A stretch of DNA of 56,082 nucleotides from Eubacteriales bacterium (GTDB lineage: Bacteria; Bacillota; Clostridia; Oscillospirales; CAG-272): assembly GCA_045637265.1 (NCBI GenBank), contig JAZTZC010000470.1, positions 1 to 56,082 on the forward strand, in the 5' to 3' direction. Within the stretch, counting starts at the first letter, position 1; every line of letters begins with the position of its first letter. This document shows, piece after piece, positions 26,692 to 34,630 of this stretch. The notes beneath the pieces were generated by a model that ran no database searches, was not told the DNA's origin, and saw only the letters and a program-made list of their open reading frames with translations. Made by a program: the position numbers and the translations under genes.

Positions 26692-27453
26692 GTGTCTGAA
26701 ATTTTAACCAAAGGACTCTTCGGTGTCCTGTTTCTTGATAACGCAGAAGCATCTTCCACGGGCGTTCTTGCGCTGTATGTCGCGCTGGCGTGTCTTCTGC
26801 CTGCCGTCATCGGCTATCTGCTCGGCTCAATCAACACCGCTGTGCTGATTTCCAAGACCTTTTACCGCGAGGATATCCGTACCAAGGGCTCCGGTAATGC
26901 CGGTTCGACCAATATGATGCGCAACTACGGACGAGGTGCTTCTGTCGCCACGCTGATCGGTGATATGCTCAAAACCGTAATTTCCGTCGGTATCGGTGCG
27001 CTGCTTGCGGCAGAAGCCGGCATGTATATCGCGGGTCTGTTCTCCGTCATCGGTCATGTTTTCCCCGTATTCTTCGGATTCCGCGGCGGAAAAGGTGTCG
27101 CAAGTGCTGCGGCTTTGATTCTGTGTACCGAACCGATTGCGTTCCTCATTCTGATTTTCATGTTCATCTGTATCGTTGCGGCAACCAAATTCCTGTCGCT
27201 TGGTTCGATCATGTGTCTGATGATGTATCCGCTCGTGTTCAACCGCGTGTATATGCTCATCCGTGATCCTGCCGGCGTGCCGTTCATTCCGACGCTCGTG
27301 TCGTTCCTTCTGATGGTACTGATCGTTGCCAAGCACAAGGACAACATCCAGCGCCTGCTCAAAGGCACGGAAAGCAAGTTTGCCATCAAAAAGAGCGTCA
27401 AGGCGCCGACCGCGAAGGAAGGTACTGCTTCCGCTGACGAGGAAAGCAAATAA
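26692..27453 (+). CDS. plsY: Glycerol-3-phosphate acyltransferase PlsY
   Basis: GSINTAVLISK...GSGNAGSTN...GHVFPVFFGFRGGKGVA. GTG start. It has an N-terminal extension of about 35 aa and a C-terminal tail. Confidence 0.9.
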   Translation: MSEILTKGLFGVLFLDNAEASSTGVLALYVALACLLPAVIGYLLGSINTAVLISKTFYREDIRTKGSGNAGSTNMMRNYGRGASVATLIGDMLKTVISVGIGALLAAEAGMYIAGLFSVIGHVFPVFFGFRGGKGVASAAALILCTEPIAFLILIFMFICIVAATKFLSLGSIMCLMMYPLVFNRVYMLIRDPAGVPFIPTLVSFLLMVLIVAKHKDNIQRLLKGTESKFAIKKSVKAPTAKEGTASADEESK

Positions 27454-27465
27454 ATAGATCTGACC

Positions 27466-27981
27466 ATGAAAAAGATTCTTGTTTTTGTTCTCGCCTGCGC
27501 CATTGCCGTTGTCGGACTGCTGTTCTCGGAACTCAAGCAAGGGGCACTGGAAGACGCGGACTTTGTCGATACACAGATCAAGCTGATCCCGGAAAGCATC
27601 GATGAGAATTCCGATGCGGTCATTCTGACAGAAGAGGAAATTACATACGGCGAGGAATACTACACCGTTGATGTGGTCGCGTATTACCTTGCCGAATACG
27701 ATGAGCTTCCGCCCAATTACATGACGAAGAAAGAAGCGGAGCAGCTTGGCTGGATTGCCGCAGAAGGCAACCTCTGGGACGTTGCACCCGGAGCCTGCAT
27801 CGGCGGTGACCGTTTCGGCAATTATGAAGGACTGCTTCCGAGAGACGGCGATTACACCGAATGTGACGTCAACTATTTTGGCGGCTATCGCGGCGGCGAG
27901 CGTCTTGTCTACGACACAGAAGGCAATATCTGGTATACCGCAGACCACTACGAAACCTTTGAACAGTTATATCCGCAATAA
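27466..27981 (+). CDS. Secreted barnase-family ribonuclease
   Basis: N-terminal signal/TM segment. The C-terminal domain YLAEYDELPPNYMTKKEAEQLGW...GNLWDVAPGACIGGDRFGNYEGLLP...ECDVNY...RLVY...YTADHYETF aligns with barnase as I remember it (YHKLPDNYITKSEAQALGW...GGDIFSNREGKLP...DHYQTF). Confidence 0.88.
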   Translation: MKKILVFVLACAIAVVGLLFSELKQGALEDADFVDTQIKLIPESIDENSDAVILTEEEITYGEEYYTVDVVAYYLAEYDELPPNYMTKKEAEQLGWIAAEGNLWDVAPGACIGGDRFGNYEGLLPRDGDYTECDVNYFGGYRGGERLVYDTEGNIWYTADHYETFEQLYPQ

Positions 27982-28033
27982 TCCATCCATTTTCAGCAAA
28001 CACCCACGAAAGGTATCCAAAAAGCAAACACCC

Positions 28034-28309
28034 ATGAAAGACATCCTTATCAACTGCGAAAAACTGCGCTCCCGCAAGGTACTGCACGACTACCTCGAAC
28101 GTGAGCTTCTCCTGCCCGACTATTACGGACGCAACCTCGATGCTCTGCACGACATTTTAAGCGGCTTCAATAAAACGGGTGCCGTAACCTTCCATATCAT
28201 CAACCGCGAAAAACAGTCCTCCCGCATGGTGACATTGTATCAGGCGATGCTCGATATGCTCACCGATCTCGGACGCGAAAATCCCAATATCGGTGTTGTG
28301 GAGGAGTAA
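28034..28309 (+). CDS. Barstar-family ribonuclease inhibitor
   Basis: MKDILINCEKLRSRKVLHDYLERELLLPDYYGRNLDALHDILSG matches the barstar LPEYYGENLDALWD core. 91 aa, internal to ORF-track entry 27746..28309. Confidence 0.85.
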   Translation: MKDILINCEKLRSRKVLHDYLERELLLPDYYGRNLDALHDILSGFNKTGAVTFHIINREKQSSRMVTLYQAMLDMLTDLGRENPNIGVVEE

Positions 28310-28357
28310 GGCGGTGAATGACGGTTACCCATCGGATATGCGCGATCGTCAAAATTT

Positions 28358-28445
28358 GTAGGGACAGGTGTTCCCGACTGTAGGGACAGGCGTTCCCGAC
28401 TGTCCCGATAATTACATAGGGACAGTCGAGGACGCCTGTCCCTAC
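28358..28445. repeat. Family 2 GTAG-REP cluster (two direct units and one inverted unit)
   Basis: GTAGGGACAGGTGTTCCCGAC (28358-28378), GTAGGGACAGGCGTTCCCGACTGTCCC (28380-28406), a 12-nt spacer, then GGGACAGTCGAGGACGCCTGTCCCTAC (28419-28445). Confidence 0.9.
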
Positions 28446-28555
28446 ATCATACCGAAAACGCCCGTCAGTTCCTCCAAAAATCTACAAAACCTATTGAAAA
28501 ACCAACCCATCTGTGTTAAAATATAAGAAGAAATCAAAAAGGAAGTAATCACTGC

Positions 28556-29737
28556 ATGGCAGAACTTTATACTTATGTGGCAACATGCCTGTTCGGTCTG
28601 GAAAAGTTCGTCGGCGAGGAAATCGATGCGCTCGGTTATGAACGCATTTCCACCATCGACGGACGCGTAACCTTCCGCGGCGACATTTCGGCGATTGCGC
28701 GATGCAATCTGTGGCTGTCGTGTGCGGAACGTGTCTATCTGCAGATGGGACAGTTCAACGCCTTCACCTTTACAGAGCTGTTTGACGGCACAAAGAACCT
28801 GCCGTGGGAGATGTGGATCGGCGAAAACGATGCATTCCCCGTCAAGGGTCACTCGATCAAAAGTCAGCTTTTCTCGATTCCCGACTGCCAGTCTATTGTC
28901 AAAAAGGCGATTGTCGAGCGTCTGTCCGCGCAGTACGGCGTTTCGTGGTTTTCCGAGGACTGCACCAAATATCAGGTCGAGTTCTTCATTTTGGACAACC
29001 GCGCAACCCTGATGATCGACACCTCGGGAGCACCGCTTCATAAACGCGGATACCGTCCTGCCGCAGGTGCCGCACCGCTGCGGGAAACGCTTGCCGCCGC
29101 AATGGTTCGTATTGCCAGACCGCGTGAGGACGTGCTGTTCTGGGATCCGTTCTGCGGCTCGGGCACGATTGCGCTCGAGGCGGCACTGTATATGACCAAG
29201 ACAGCACCGGGTCTGAACCGTTCCTTTGTCTCCGAGGACTTTATGGATATTCCCGTCGATGTCTGGACAAAGGCACGCGAGGAAGCACGCGACCTTCAGA
29301 ACATGAACACGACATTTGAAGCGTGGGCATCCGATATCGACCGCGATATGGTACGCACGGCACAGGACAATGTTGTCCGCGCAGGGATGCAGAAGATCGT
29401 GCGCACATTCCAGCATGATGCACTCCGCATTACCACGGGCGGCAGACGCGGTACGATTGTCTGCAATCCGCCGTACGGTGAACGGCTCATGGACGAGCAG
29501 TCCGCTTTTGCGCTTTACCGCGCGATGGGACGCCATTTTGCAACGCTGGACCGCTGGCAGATCTACATTCTGACCTCGGATGAACAGTTTGAGTTCCATT
29601 ACGGCCGCCGCGCCGATAAGATCCGCCGCCTTTATAACGGCATGATCAAATGCGGCTATTATCAGTTCTTCAAAAATCCGCAGTTTTCCAACGACAAACG
29701 CCAAAGTTTCCCGAGAAAGGATGGATCAAAGAAATGA
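28556..29737 (+). CDS. THUMP domain class I SAM-dependent RNA methyltransferase (RlmL/UPF0020-like)
   Basis: An N-terminal THUMP-like region, then DPFCGSGTI and NPPYG motifs. Confidence 0.88.
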   Translation: MAELYTYVATCLFGLEKFVGEEIDALGYERISTIDGRVTFRGDISAIARCNLWLSCAERVYLQMGQFNAFTFTELFDGTKNLPWEMWIGENDAFPVKGHSIKSQLFSIPDCQSIVKKAIVERLSAQYGVSWFSEDCTKYQVEFFILDNRATLMIDTSGAPLHKRGYRPAAGAAPLRETLAAAMVRIARPREDVLFWDPFCGSGTIALEAALYMTKTAPGLNRSFVSEDFMDIPVDVWTKAREEARDLQNMNTTFEAWASDIDRDMVRTAQDNVVRAGMQKIVRTFQHDALRITTGGRRGTIVCNPPYGERLMDEQSAFALYRAMGRHFATLDRWQIYILTSDEQFEFHYGRRADKIRRLYNGMIKCGYYQFFKNPQFSNDKRQSFPRKDGSKK

Positions 29738-30936
29738 AAGCACGTACCGCTTGTGTACTCCCCCTGATCTTTGTTCTGATTTTGACGCTGACAGTGACCG
29801 CTCTGCCGGTTTCGGCGGCGATTGATCTGCGCGGTGTTATGGATGCGCATGCGTATCAGAATACCGCAATTTCCGAAACGGCGATTCTGCCGTACCGTGT
29901 CTATCTGCCCGATGCGATTGCCGCCGCGTTCCCGAAGAGCGCCGACAATGTAGTCCCGGTCGAGGATGAAGCACCTGTGGATCCCGATGCGCCCGTCGAT
30001 GAGGACGCGCCGACGGAAAATGCGCCTGCCGACGATGCTCCCGTCATTGAAATTCCGCAGGATCGCAAATATGGTCTTTTGATCTGGCTGCATGATGAAG
30101 ATCTGTGCGGCGATGACAACGTCTCCCATATCGCAAACGATGCAAAGAACGGTCTGATGAACGCCTTCCTCACAGGAGCTAACGCATCCGAGTATATCAT
30201 CCTCGCGCCGCAGTGTCCCAAGGGAAATACGTGGACCGCGAACAACAATCTCTATCTGAATCTCCTGCTTGATCTTGTCAAAAATCATGTCATGCAGCTG
30301 CCCATCGATGAAAGCCGGATTCTGATCGGCGGCATTTCCATGGGTGCAACGGCAGGCTATGAACTGATCGAAATGCAGAAGGATGCGGGTATGATCCCGA
30401 TCTCCGCGGCATATCTCGTTGCCGGAACGACCGATTTTACGATCAGCAATGATCTGGAAGCCAAGGTCTTTGAGACAACCAAGGTCTATGCGTTCCTCTC
30501 CGAAAACGATACAGTCACACCGCCCGATTCCGTCCGTAATCTTGCGGATCTCGTCAACACCGGATATGAGGACGTCCAGGATTTCACGTATGCCGTATAT
30601 CCTGAGCTCGGTCATGAAATCTGGCACCAGGCATTTGCCGAACAGGCGCTGATGGAAGCATTCCTTTCGACCAATGCGCCTGTCGCAGAACCAGAACCTA
30701 CACCCGTGGAATCCGAAACCGAAGCGGTCGATACCGATATTCCCGTTGTTGAACATCCCATTGAGGTTGTTCCTCAAGAAACCGCACCTGTGACCGATGA
30801 TGTTCAGACCCCGCCCACGATTGCAGGTGTGGAAATCACCTCCGAGATGATCGCTTATACCATCATGGCGGCGGCAGGCATCATCGCAGTCGTCCTGCTG
30901 ATTACAGGTCTTGTCAAGAATAATAAGGTTAGATAA
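29734..30936 (+). CDS. Secreted alpha/beta-hydrolase (esterase/peptidase-like) with C-terminal membrane anchor
   Basis: Signal peptide MKARTACVLPLIFVLILTLTVTALPVSA, nucleophile elbow GGISMGA, and C-terminal TM segment MIAYTIMAAAGIIAVVLLITGLV. ATGA start/stop overlap with the upstream gene. Confidence 0.75.
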   Translation: MKARTACVLPLIFVLILTLTVTALPVSAAIDLRGVMDAHAYQNTAISETAILPYRVYLPDAIAAAFPKSADNVVPVEDEAPVDPDAPVDEDAPTENAPADDAPVIEIPQDRKYGLLIWLHDEDLCGDDNVSHIANDAKNGLMNAFLTGANASEYIILAPQCPKGNTWTANNNLYLNLLLDLVKNHVMQLPIDESRILIGGISMGATAGYELIEMQKDAGMIPISAAYLVAGTTDFTISNDLEAKVFETTKVYAFLSENDTVTPPDSVRNLADLVNTGYEDVQDFTYAVYPELGHEIWHQAFAEQALMEAFLSTNAPVAEPEPTPVESETEAVDTDIPVVEHPIEVVPQETAPVTDDVQTPPTIAGVEITSEMIAYTIMAAAGIIAVVLLITGLVKNNKVR

Positions 30937-30938
30937 CT

Positions 30939-31643
30939 ATGGTATTAAAAAATACAGAATCCACGATTGCCTACCGCTGTCCGCACTGCGGTTCGGGCAT
31001 TCTCGCCATGGTCGGTGTGTTCGCGCTGTCCGGCGATATGATTAAGCTCAAATGCGACTGCGGACACTCGGAGCTGCTCATTCAGAAGTGCGGCGACGGA
31101 AAAATCCGTCTGACCGTCCCCTGCATGTTCTGCCCGAAGCCCCACCAGTATGTCCTCTCCCACGCGGCGTTCTTCGATCAGAGCATCTACTCCATCCCCT
31201 GCGGCATGACCGGTGTTGATATCTGTTTCATCGGTCACAAGGACGATGTGCTGTCTGCCCTTTCCGACAACGAAAAGCAGCTGCTCGATATGCTCAAAGA
31301 AGCAGGATACGGGGACGACGCATCGATTGCCGATCTGCTCCGCGACGAATCGGAGGACGATGACGAAACGTATTACGACGACGTCAACTTCACCGACAAC
31401 CACATCTACGATATGGTGCTGTTCGTCGTGCGTGAGCTGGAAGCCGATGATAAAATCGTCTGCCGCTGTACCGAGCGCGGAGAAACGGGCGAATACGATA
31501 TCGTCTGTGACCGCGACGAAATCTATGTTTCGTGTTCCCGCTGCGGTGCCAGACGCGAAATCCGCTGCAACGGCTCCATGTCCACACAGGCATTCCTCGA
31601 TATCGATTCTCTGATTCTGGAAGGCATGTTTGCAGACGAGTAA
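30939..31643 (+). CDS. Hypothetical Cys-rich (zinc-ribbon-like) protein
   Basis: CPHCGSG, CDCGHS, CMFCPKPH and CSRCGAR motifs plus an acidic linker. I do not recognise the family. Confidence 0.65.
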   Translation: MVLKNTESTIAYRCPHCGSGILAMVGVFALSGDMIKLKCDCGHSELLIQKCGDGKIRLTVPCMFCPKPHQYVLSHAAFFDQSIYSIPCGMTGVDICFIGHKDDVLSALSDNEKQLLDMLKEAGYGDDASIADLLRDESEDDDETYYDDVNFTDNHIYDMVLFVVRELEADDKIVCRCTERGETGEYDIVCDRDEIYVSCSRCGARREIRCNGSMSTQAFLDIDSLILEGMFADE

Positions 31644-31677
31644 TCTTTAAGGTTTACCCACTTTGATATTCAATAAT

Positions 31678-31747
31678 GTAGGGACAGGCGTCCCCGACTG
31701 TCCCGATAGATGTCAGATCAAGGACAGGTGTCTCCGCCTGTCCCTAC
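31678..31747. repeat. Family 2 GTAG-REP inverted doublet
   Basis: GTAGGGACAGGCGTCCCCGACTGTCCC (31678-31704), a 16-nt spacer, then AGGACAGGTGTCTCCGCCTGTCCCTAC (31721-31747). Confidence 0.9.
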
Positions 31748-31769
31748 AATGAAAATAAGGATGAACGAT

Positions 31770-33176
31770 ATGGACAACAATGTGATTTCCATCAGCGGCA
31801 GACGCGAGGTCTTCTGGGATGATTATCTCGTGGATACCGAGCGTACCACCGCGCGGCACAGACTGATTCCGCCCGTCAAAGGCGAATCTGTTTTTGTGTT
31901 CGACCGCGCGGATGAAAGACATTCCATCAGTTATCCGAATGTTGTCAGAGACAACGACGGCTATAAGCTGTATTATATCACCTTCGACCCAAGTATGGCA
32001 CAACGTCGGTATAAGCTTCATGTGATCGAAAGCAAGGACGGCAGCAGCTGGACACGCCCCATGCTCGATTTGTTCCCGGATGAAGATGGGAACTGCACCA
32101 ATGTCGTGATTGACGGGCTGGACGACAGCTCCCTGTGCGTCTTCTACGATACCAATCCTGCCTGTCCCGGGGACGAACGCTATAAGGTTCTCTCCATGGT
32201 GTTCCGTGACCGCAAGCTGGATATCCGCACGCTGTGGTGCTATGCATCGGGTGACGGCTATCATTTTGGAAAGCCGTATTACGTCACGGACAAGGGGCGC
32301 TTTGACTCGCTGAACCCGTTCTTCTGGAAGGACGGCAGATATTACGGCTATGTCCGCGACCTGCATTGGGTGAACGGTGACTGCGTCCGCGATGTCCGCA
32401 TGATTACCTCCGAGGATTTTGTCAATTGGACGGAGCAGGTACCGCTGCAGTATGACGACGGATTTGACTATCAGATGTATACCAATAACGTCATGATCGA
32501 TCCGCGCGCACCACACATGACCATCGGATTCCCGACACGGTATGTCGAGCGCAAAACATGGACGTACAACGACGATCAATTTGCCAGCCGCGATACGAAG
32601 CTGCGTGCCAGCAATTCCATCGAAGACCGATTTGCACGGGCGACCACCGATGCGATGTTCATGTGCAGCCGCGACGGTGTGCATTTCCACCGGTACACGG
32701 AAGCCTATATGACGCCGGGGTTGGAGGACGCATACAACTGGATCTACGGCGATTGCTATCTCTCCTATCCGCTTGCGGATACCGGCGAGCATACCTACTC
32801 CCTGTATAACGTCGAAACGGGCATCGGCTCAGAAAAGCCAGCGGTTCTGCGGCAGTATGCCGTGCGAAAAGACGGTTATGCCTGTCTGGAAGCGGACAGG
32901 GAAGAGCGGTACGTCGTGACCAAGCCCTTTGTCTTTGTCGGAAGTGCTTTGCATCTGAATTTCTCCACCTCAGCCGCAGGTTACATTTATGTGGATGTGC
33001 TCGATGAGAACGGCGGCAAGCTGTCGGACGGCGAGAGCTTTGAGGCGTTCGGCGACACCACCGACCGCGAAATCCGTTTTGCCGACGGCAGTGATTTTGC
33101 CGCGTATGCAGGAGGGGTCATCCGTCTGCGGTTCCGCATGTTCGATGCGAAGCTTTTTTCGCTGTATTTTTCCTGA
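31770..33176 (+). CDS. Hypothetical protein, possibly a beta-propeller glycosidase-like fold
   Basis: Long ORF with coding-like composition. I moved the start to ATG 31770, which has AAGGA 8 nt upstream, because the ORF-track start at 31710 lies inside the REP doublet. The functional call is weak. Confidence 0.6.
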   Translation: MDNNVISISGRREVFWDDYLVDTERTTARHRLIPPVKGESVFVFDRADERHSISYPNVVRDNDGYKLYYITFDPSMAQRRYKLHVIESKDGSSWTRPMLDLFPDEDGNCTNVVIDGLDDSSLCVFYDTNPACPGDERYKVLSMVFRDRKLDIRTLWCYASGDGYHFGKPYYVTDKGRFDSLNPFFWKDGRYYGYVRDLHWVNGDCVRDVRMITSEDFVNWTEQVPLQYDDGFDYQMYTNNVMIDPRAPHMTIGFPTRYVERKTWTYNDDQFASRDTKLRASNSIEDRFARATTDAMFMCSRDGVHFHRYTEAYMTPGLEDAYNWIYGDCYLSYPLADTGEHTYSLYNVETGIGSEKPAVLRQYAVRKDGYACLEADREERYVVTKPFVFVGSALHLNFSTSAAGYIYVDVLDENGGKLSDGESFEAFGDTTDREIRFADGSDFAAYAGGVIRLRFRMFDAKLFSLYFS

Positions 33177-33212
33177 TGCAGCTTTCAAATACACCACAGA
33201 AAGGAAATTCCC

Positions 33213-33938
33213 ATGCCAGAAAAGATTTATACCATACCTGTCAACGAAGCGTTTGAAGCCTCCCGCGACGATGCCTCCTGCGGCTGTTCGTTCTGTACTT
33301 TATATAATACCCTGGAAGAAAACGAGCTCGACCGTATTCTCGGTGCGGCAATGATGGAACCCGATGTGCGCATTGAAACGAACGCACAGGGCTTCTGCGA
33401 TACGCACTTCAAGATGATGTTCGTCCGCAAGAATCGTCTCGGTCTGGGTCTGATTCTCGAATCGCACCTTGCTGAAATCGCAAAGGGTCAGAAGGGAAAA
33501 GCGCTGTCCCTCAAAGCACCCGGTACCGATCAGGAAGCAAAGCTGGAAAAGTTAGAGGGCTCCTGCTATGTCTGCGGACGCATTGCGTTTGCGTTCGGCA
33601 AGATGATGGATACCGCCGCGTACCTTTGGGAAAACGAAAAGGAATTCCGCGATAAGTGCGCCGCACAGCCGTATTTCTGCCTGCCGCATTACCGTGCGTT
33701 CATTGCACAGGCGCGCCGTTCGATGAATAAGAAGACCTTCGCATCGTTCTGGGAACAAGTCTCCGGCATTGAAAACGCATATCTGGAAAAGATCGGCGGC
33801 GATGTGTCGTGGTTCTGCAAGAAGTTCGACTACCGCTACAACGACGAGCCGTGGTACGATTCCAAGGATGCTGTGGAACGCGCAATGAAGTTCCTCTCCG
33901 GTGACCTGCATAAAGACCCGAAAAAGGTACAGTCCTGA
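33213..33938 (+). CDS. Conserved hypothetical Cys-rich protein (DUF6062-like)
   Basis: YTIPVNEAFE...CGCSFCTLY...CDTHF...CYVCGR...CLPHY. RBS AAAGGAA. The family name is from memory and uncertain. Confidence 0.65.
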   Translation: MPEKIYTIPVNEAFEASRDDASCGCSFCTLYNTLEENELDRILGAAMMEPDVRIETNAQGFCDTHFKMMFVRKNRLGLGLILESHLAEIAKGQKGKALSLKAPGTDQEAKLEKLEGSCYVCGRIAFAFGKMMDTAAYLWENEKEFRDKCAAQPYFCLPHYRAFIAQARRSMNKKTFASFWEQVSGIENAYLEKIGGDVSWFCKKFDYRYNDEPWYDSKDAVERAMKFLSGDLHKDPKKVQS

Positions 33939-33946
33939 TATGAGAA

Positions 33947-33975
33947 AAATCCGTCCGATGTGGGCGGATTTTTTA
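33947..33975 (+). terminator. Rho-independent terminator
   Basis: aatccgtcc-gatgt-gggcggatt followed by tttttat. Confidence 0.8.
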
Positions 33976-34212
33976 TGCTTGTAACTTTGATGGTTGTGAT
34001 TGTGATGTTGATAATGGTCGGAGATCAAGGTGATGGTTCGCACCACCAAAACCTTCCCCTGGGGGAAGGTGGCACACGAAGTGTGACGGATGAGGGTAAA
34101 GCATTGGAGCATACACGTTTTGATAAAAACTCTACAACTTATCGATGTAAATCCACACATCCGTATCGGTTCTGTGTTATAATGAAACAAAAACAGAATC
34201 GGAGGATATTAA

Positions 34213-34580
34213 ATGACAGACAGACCAAATGACCCCGGTCGCACGGAAAGTGAAATATTTCTGAAAATCTCGCCGCGCTCCGTAAACAACACCACCTCAC
34301 CCAAAAGCAAATGGCAAAAATCCTCGGCATCGGCATCACCACATGGCGCAAAATTGAGCAGGGAATCATGCCGCCAAGGTTATCAACAGCGGTTGTGTAC
34401 AATGCAGCCGATGCGTTTGGGGTTCCAACCTCCCATTTATTTTCAGATATACAGGAACAAAAAACGGAGTCGGCAATACAAATCCTGCTCTGTGAACTGT
34501 CCCGTGGTGAGGAATCCATGCAAGACGGTGCGGCGGTGTCATGGAACGATGCAAACAAGTTGTTCTCCAAAACCCCATAA
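34213..34580 (+). pseudogene. XRE-family HTH regulator interrupted by a 1-nt frameshift
   Basis: GGAGGA plus ATG 34213 opens frame 1 (MTDRPNDPGRTESEIF). The helix-turn-helix (ENLAALRKQHHLTQKQMAKILGIGITTWRKIEQG) is in the adjacent frame, open from 34254 to the stop at 34580. The two frames join if the T-run at 34258-34260 gains one T. Confidence 0.65.
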
Positions 34581-34590
34581 CCCCGCAAAA

Positions 34591-34624
34591 AAGTGACGCC
34601 CGGAGCACTCCGTCAGCGTCACTT
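34591..34624. terminator. Hairpin between convergent XRE and mfd genes
   Basis: aagtgacgc...gcgtcactt forms a 9-bp stem followed by tatcattt. Confidence 0.6.
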
Positions 34625-34630
34625 TATCAT

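Noticed and set aside
23613-29704. Long minus-strand ORFs 23613..24923, 25199..26626, 26827..27948, 28442..29704 and 29662..30777
   Set aside because: All lie antisense to strongly supported genes (DUF512, der, plsY/barnase, THUMP methyltransferase, esterase). They are shadow ORFs of a GC-rich region.
31710-31769. ORF-track start codon of the 31710..33176 ORF
   Set aside because: The first 13 codons translate the REP doublet and there is no RBS. A downstream ATG at 31770 with AAGGA is preferred.
33960-34232. 90-aa ORF (MGGFFMLVTLMVVIVMLIMVG...) with a hydrophobic start, and short hairpins ccttcccc/ggggaagg and cacac-gaa-gtgtg (34052-34085)
   Set aside because: The ORF starts inside the upstream terminator and translates a G/T-rich simple sequence, with no RBS. 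The hairpins are short and single-copy in this window. They may be a decayed repeat but I cannot support this.
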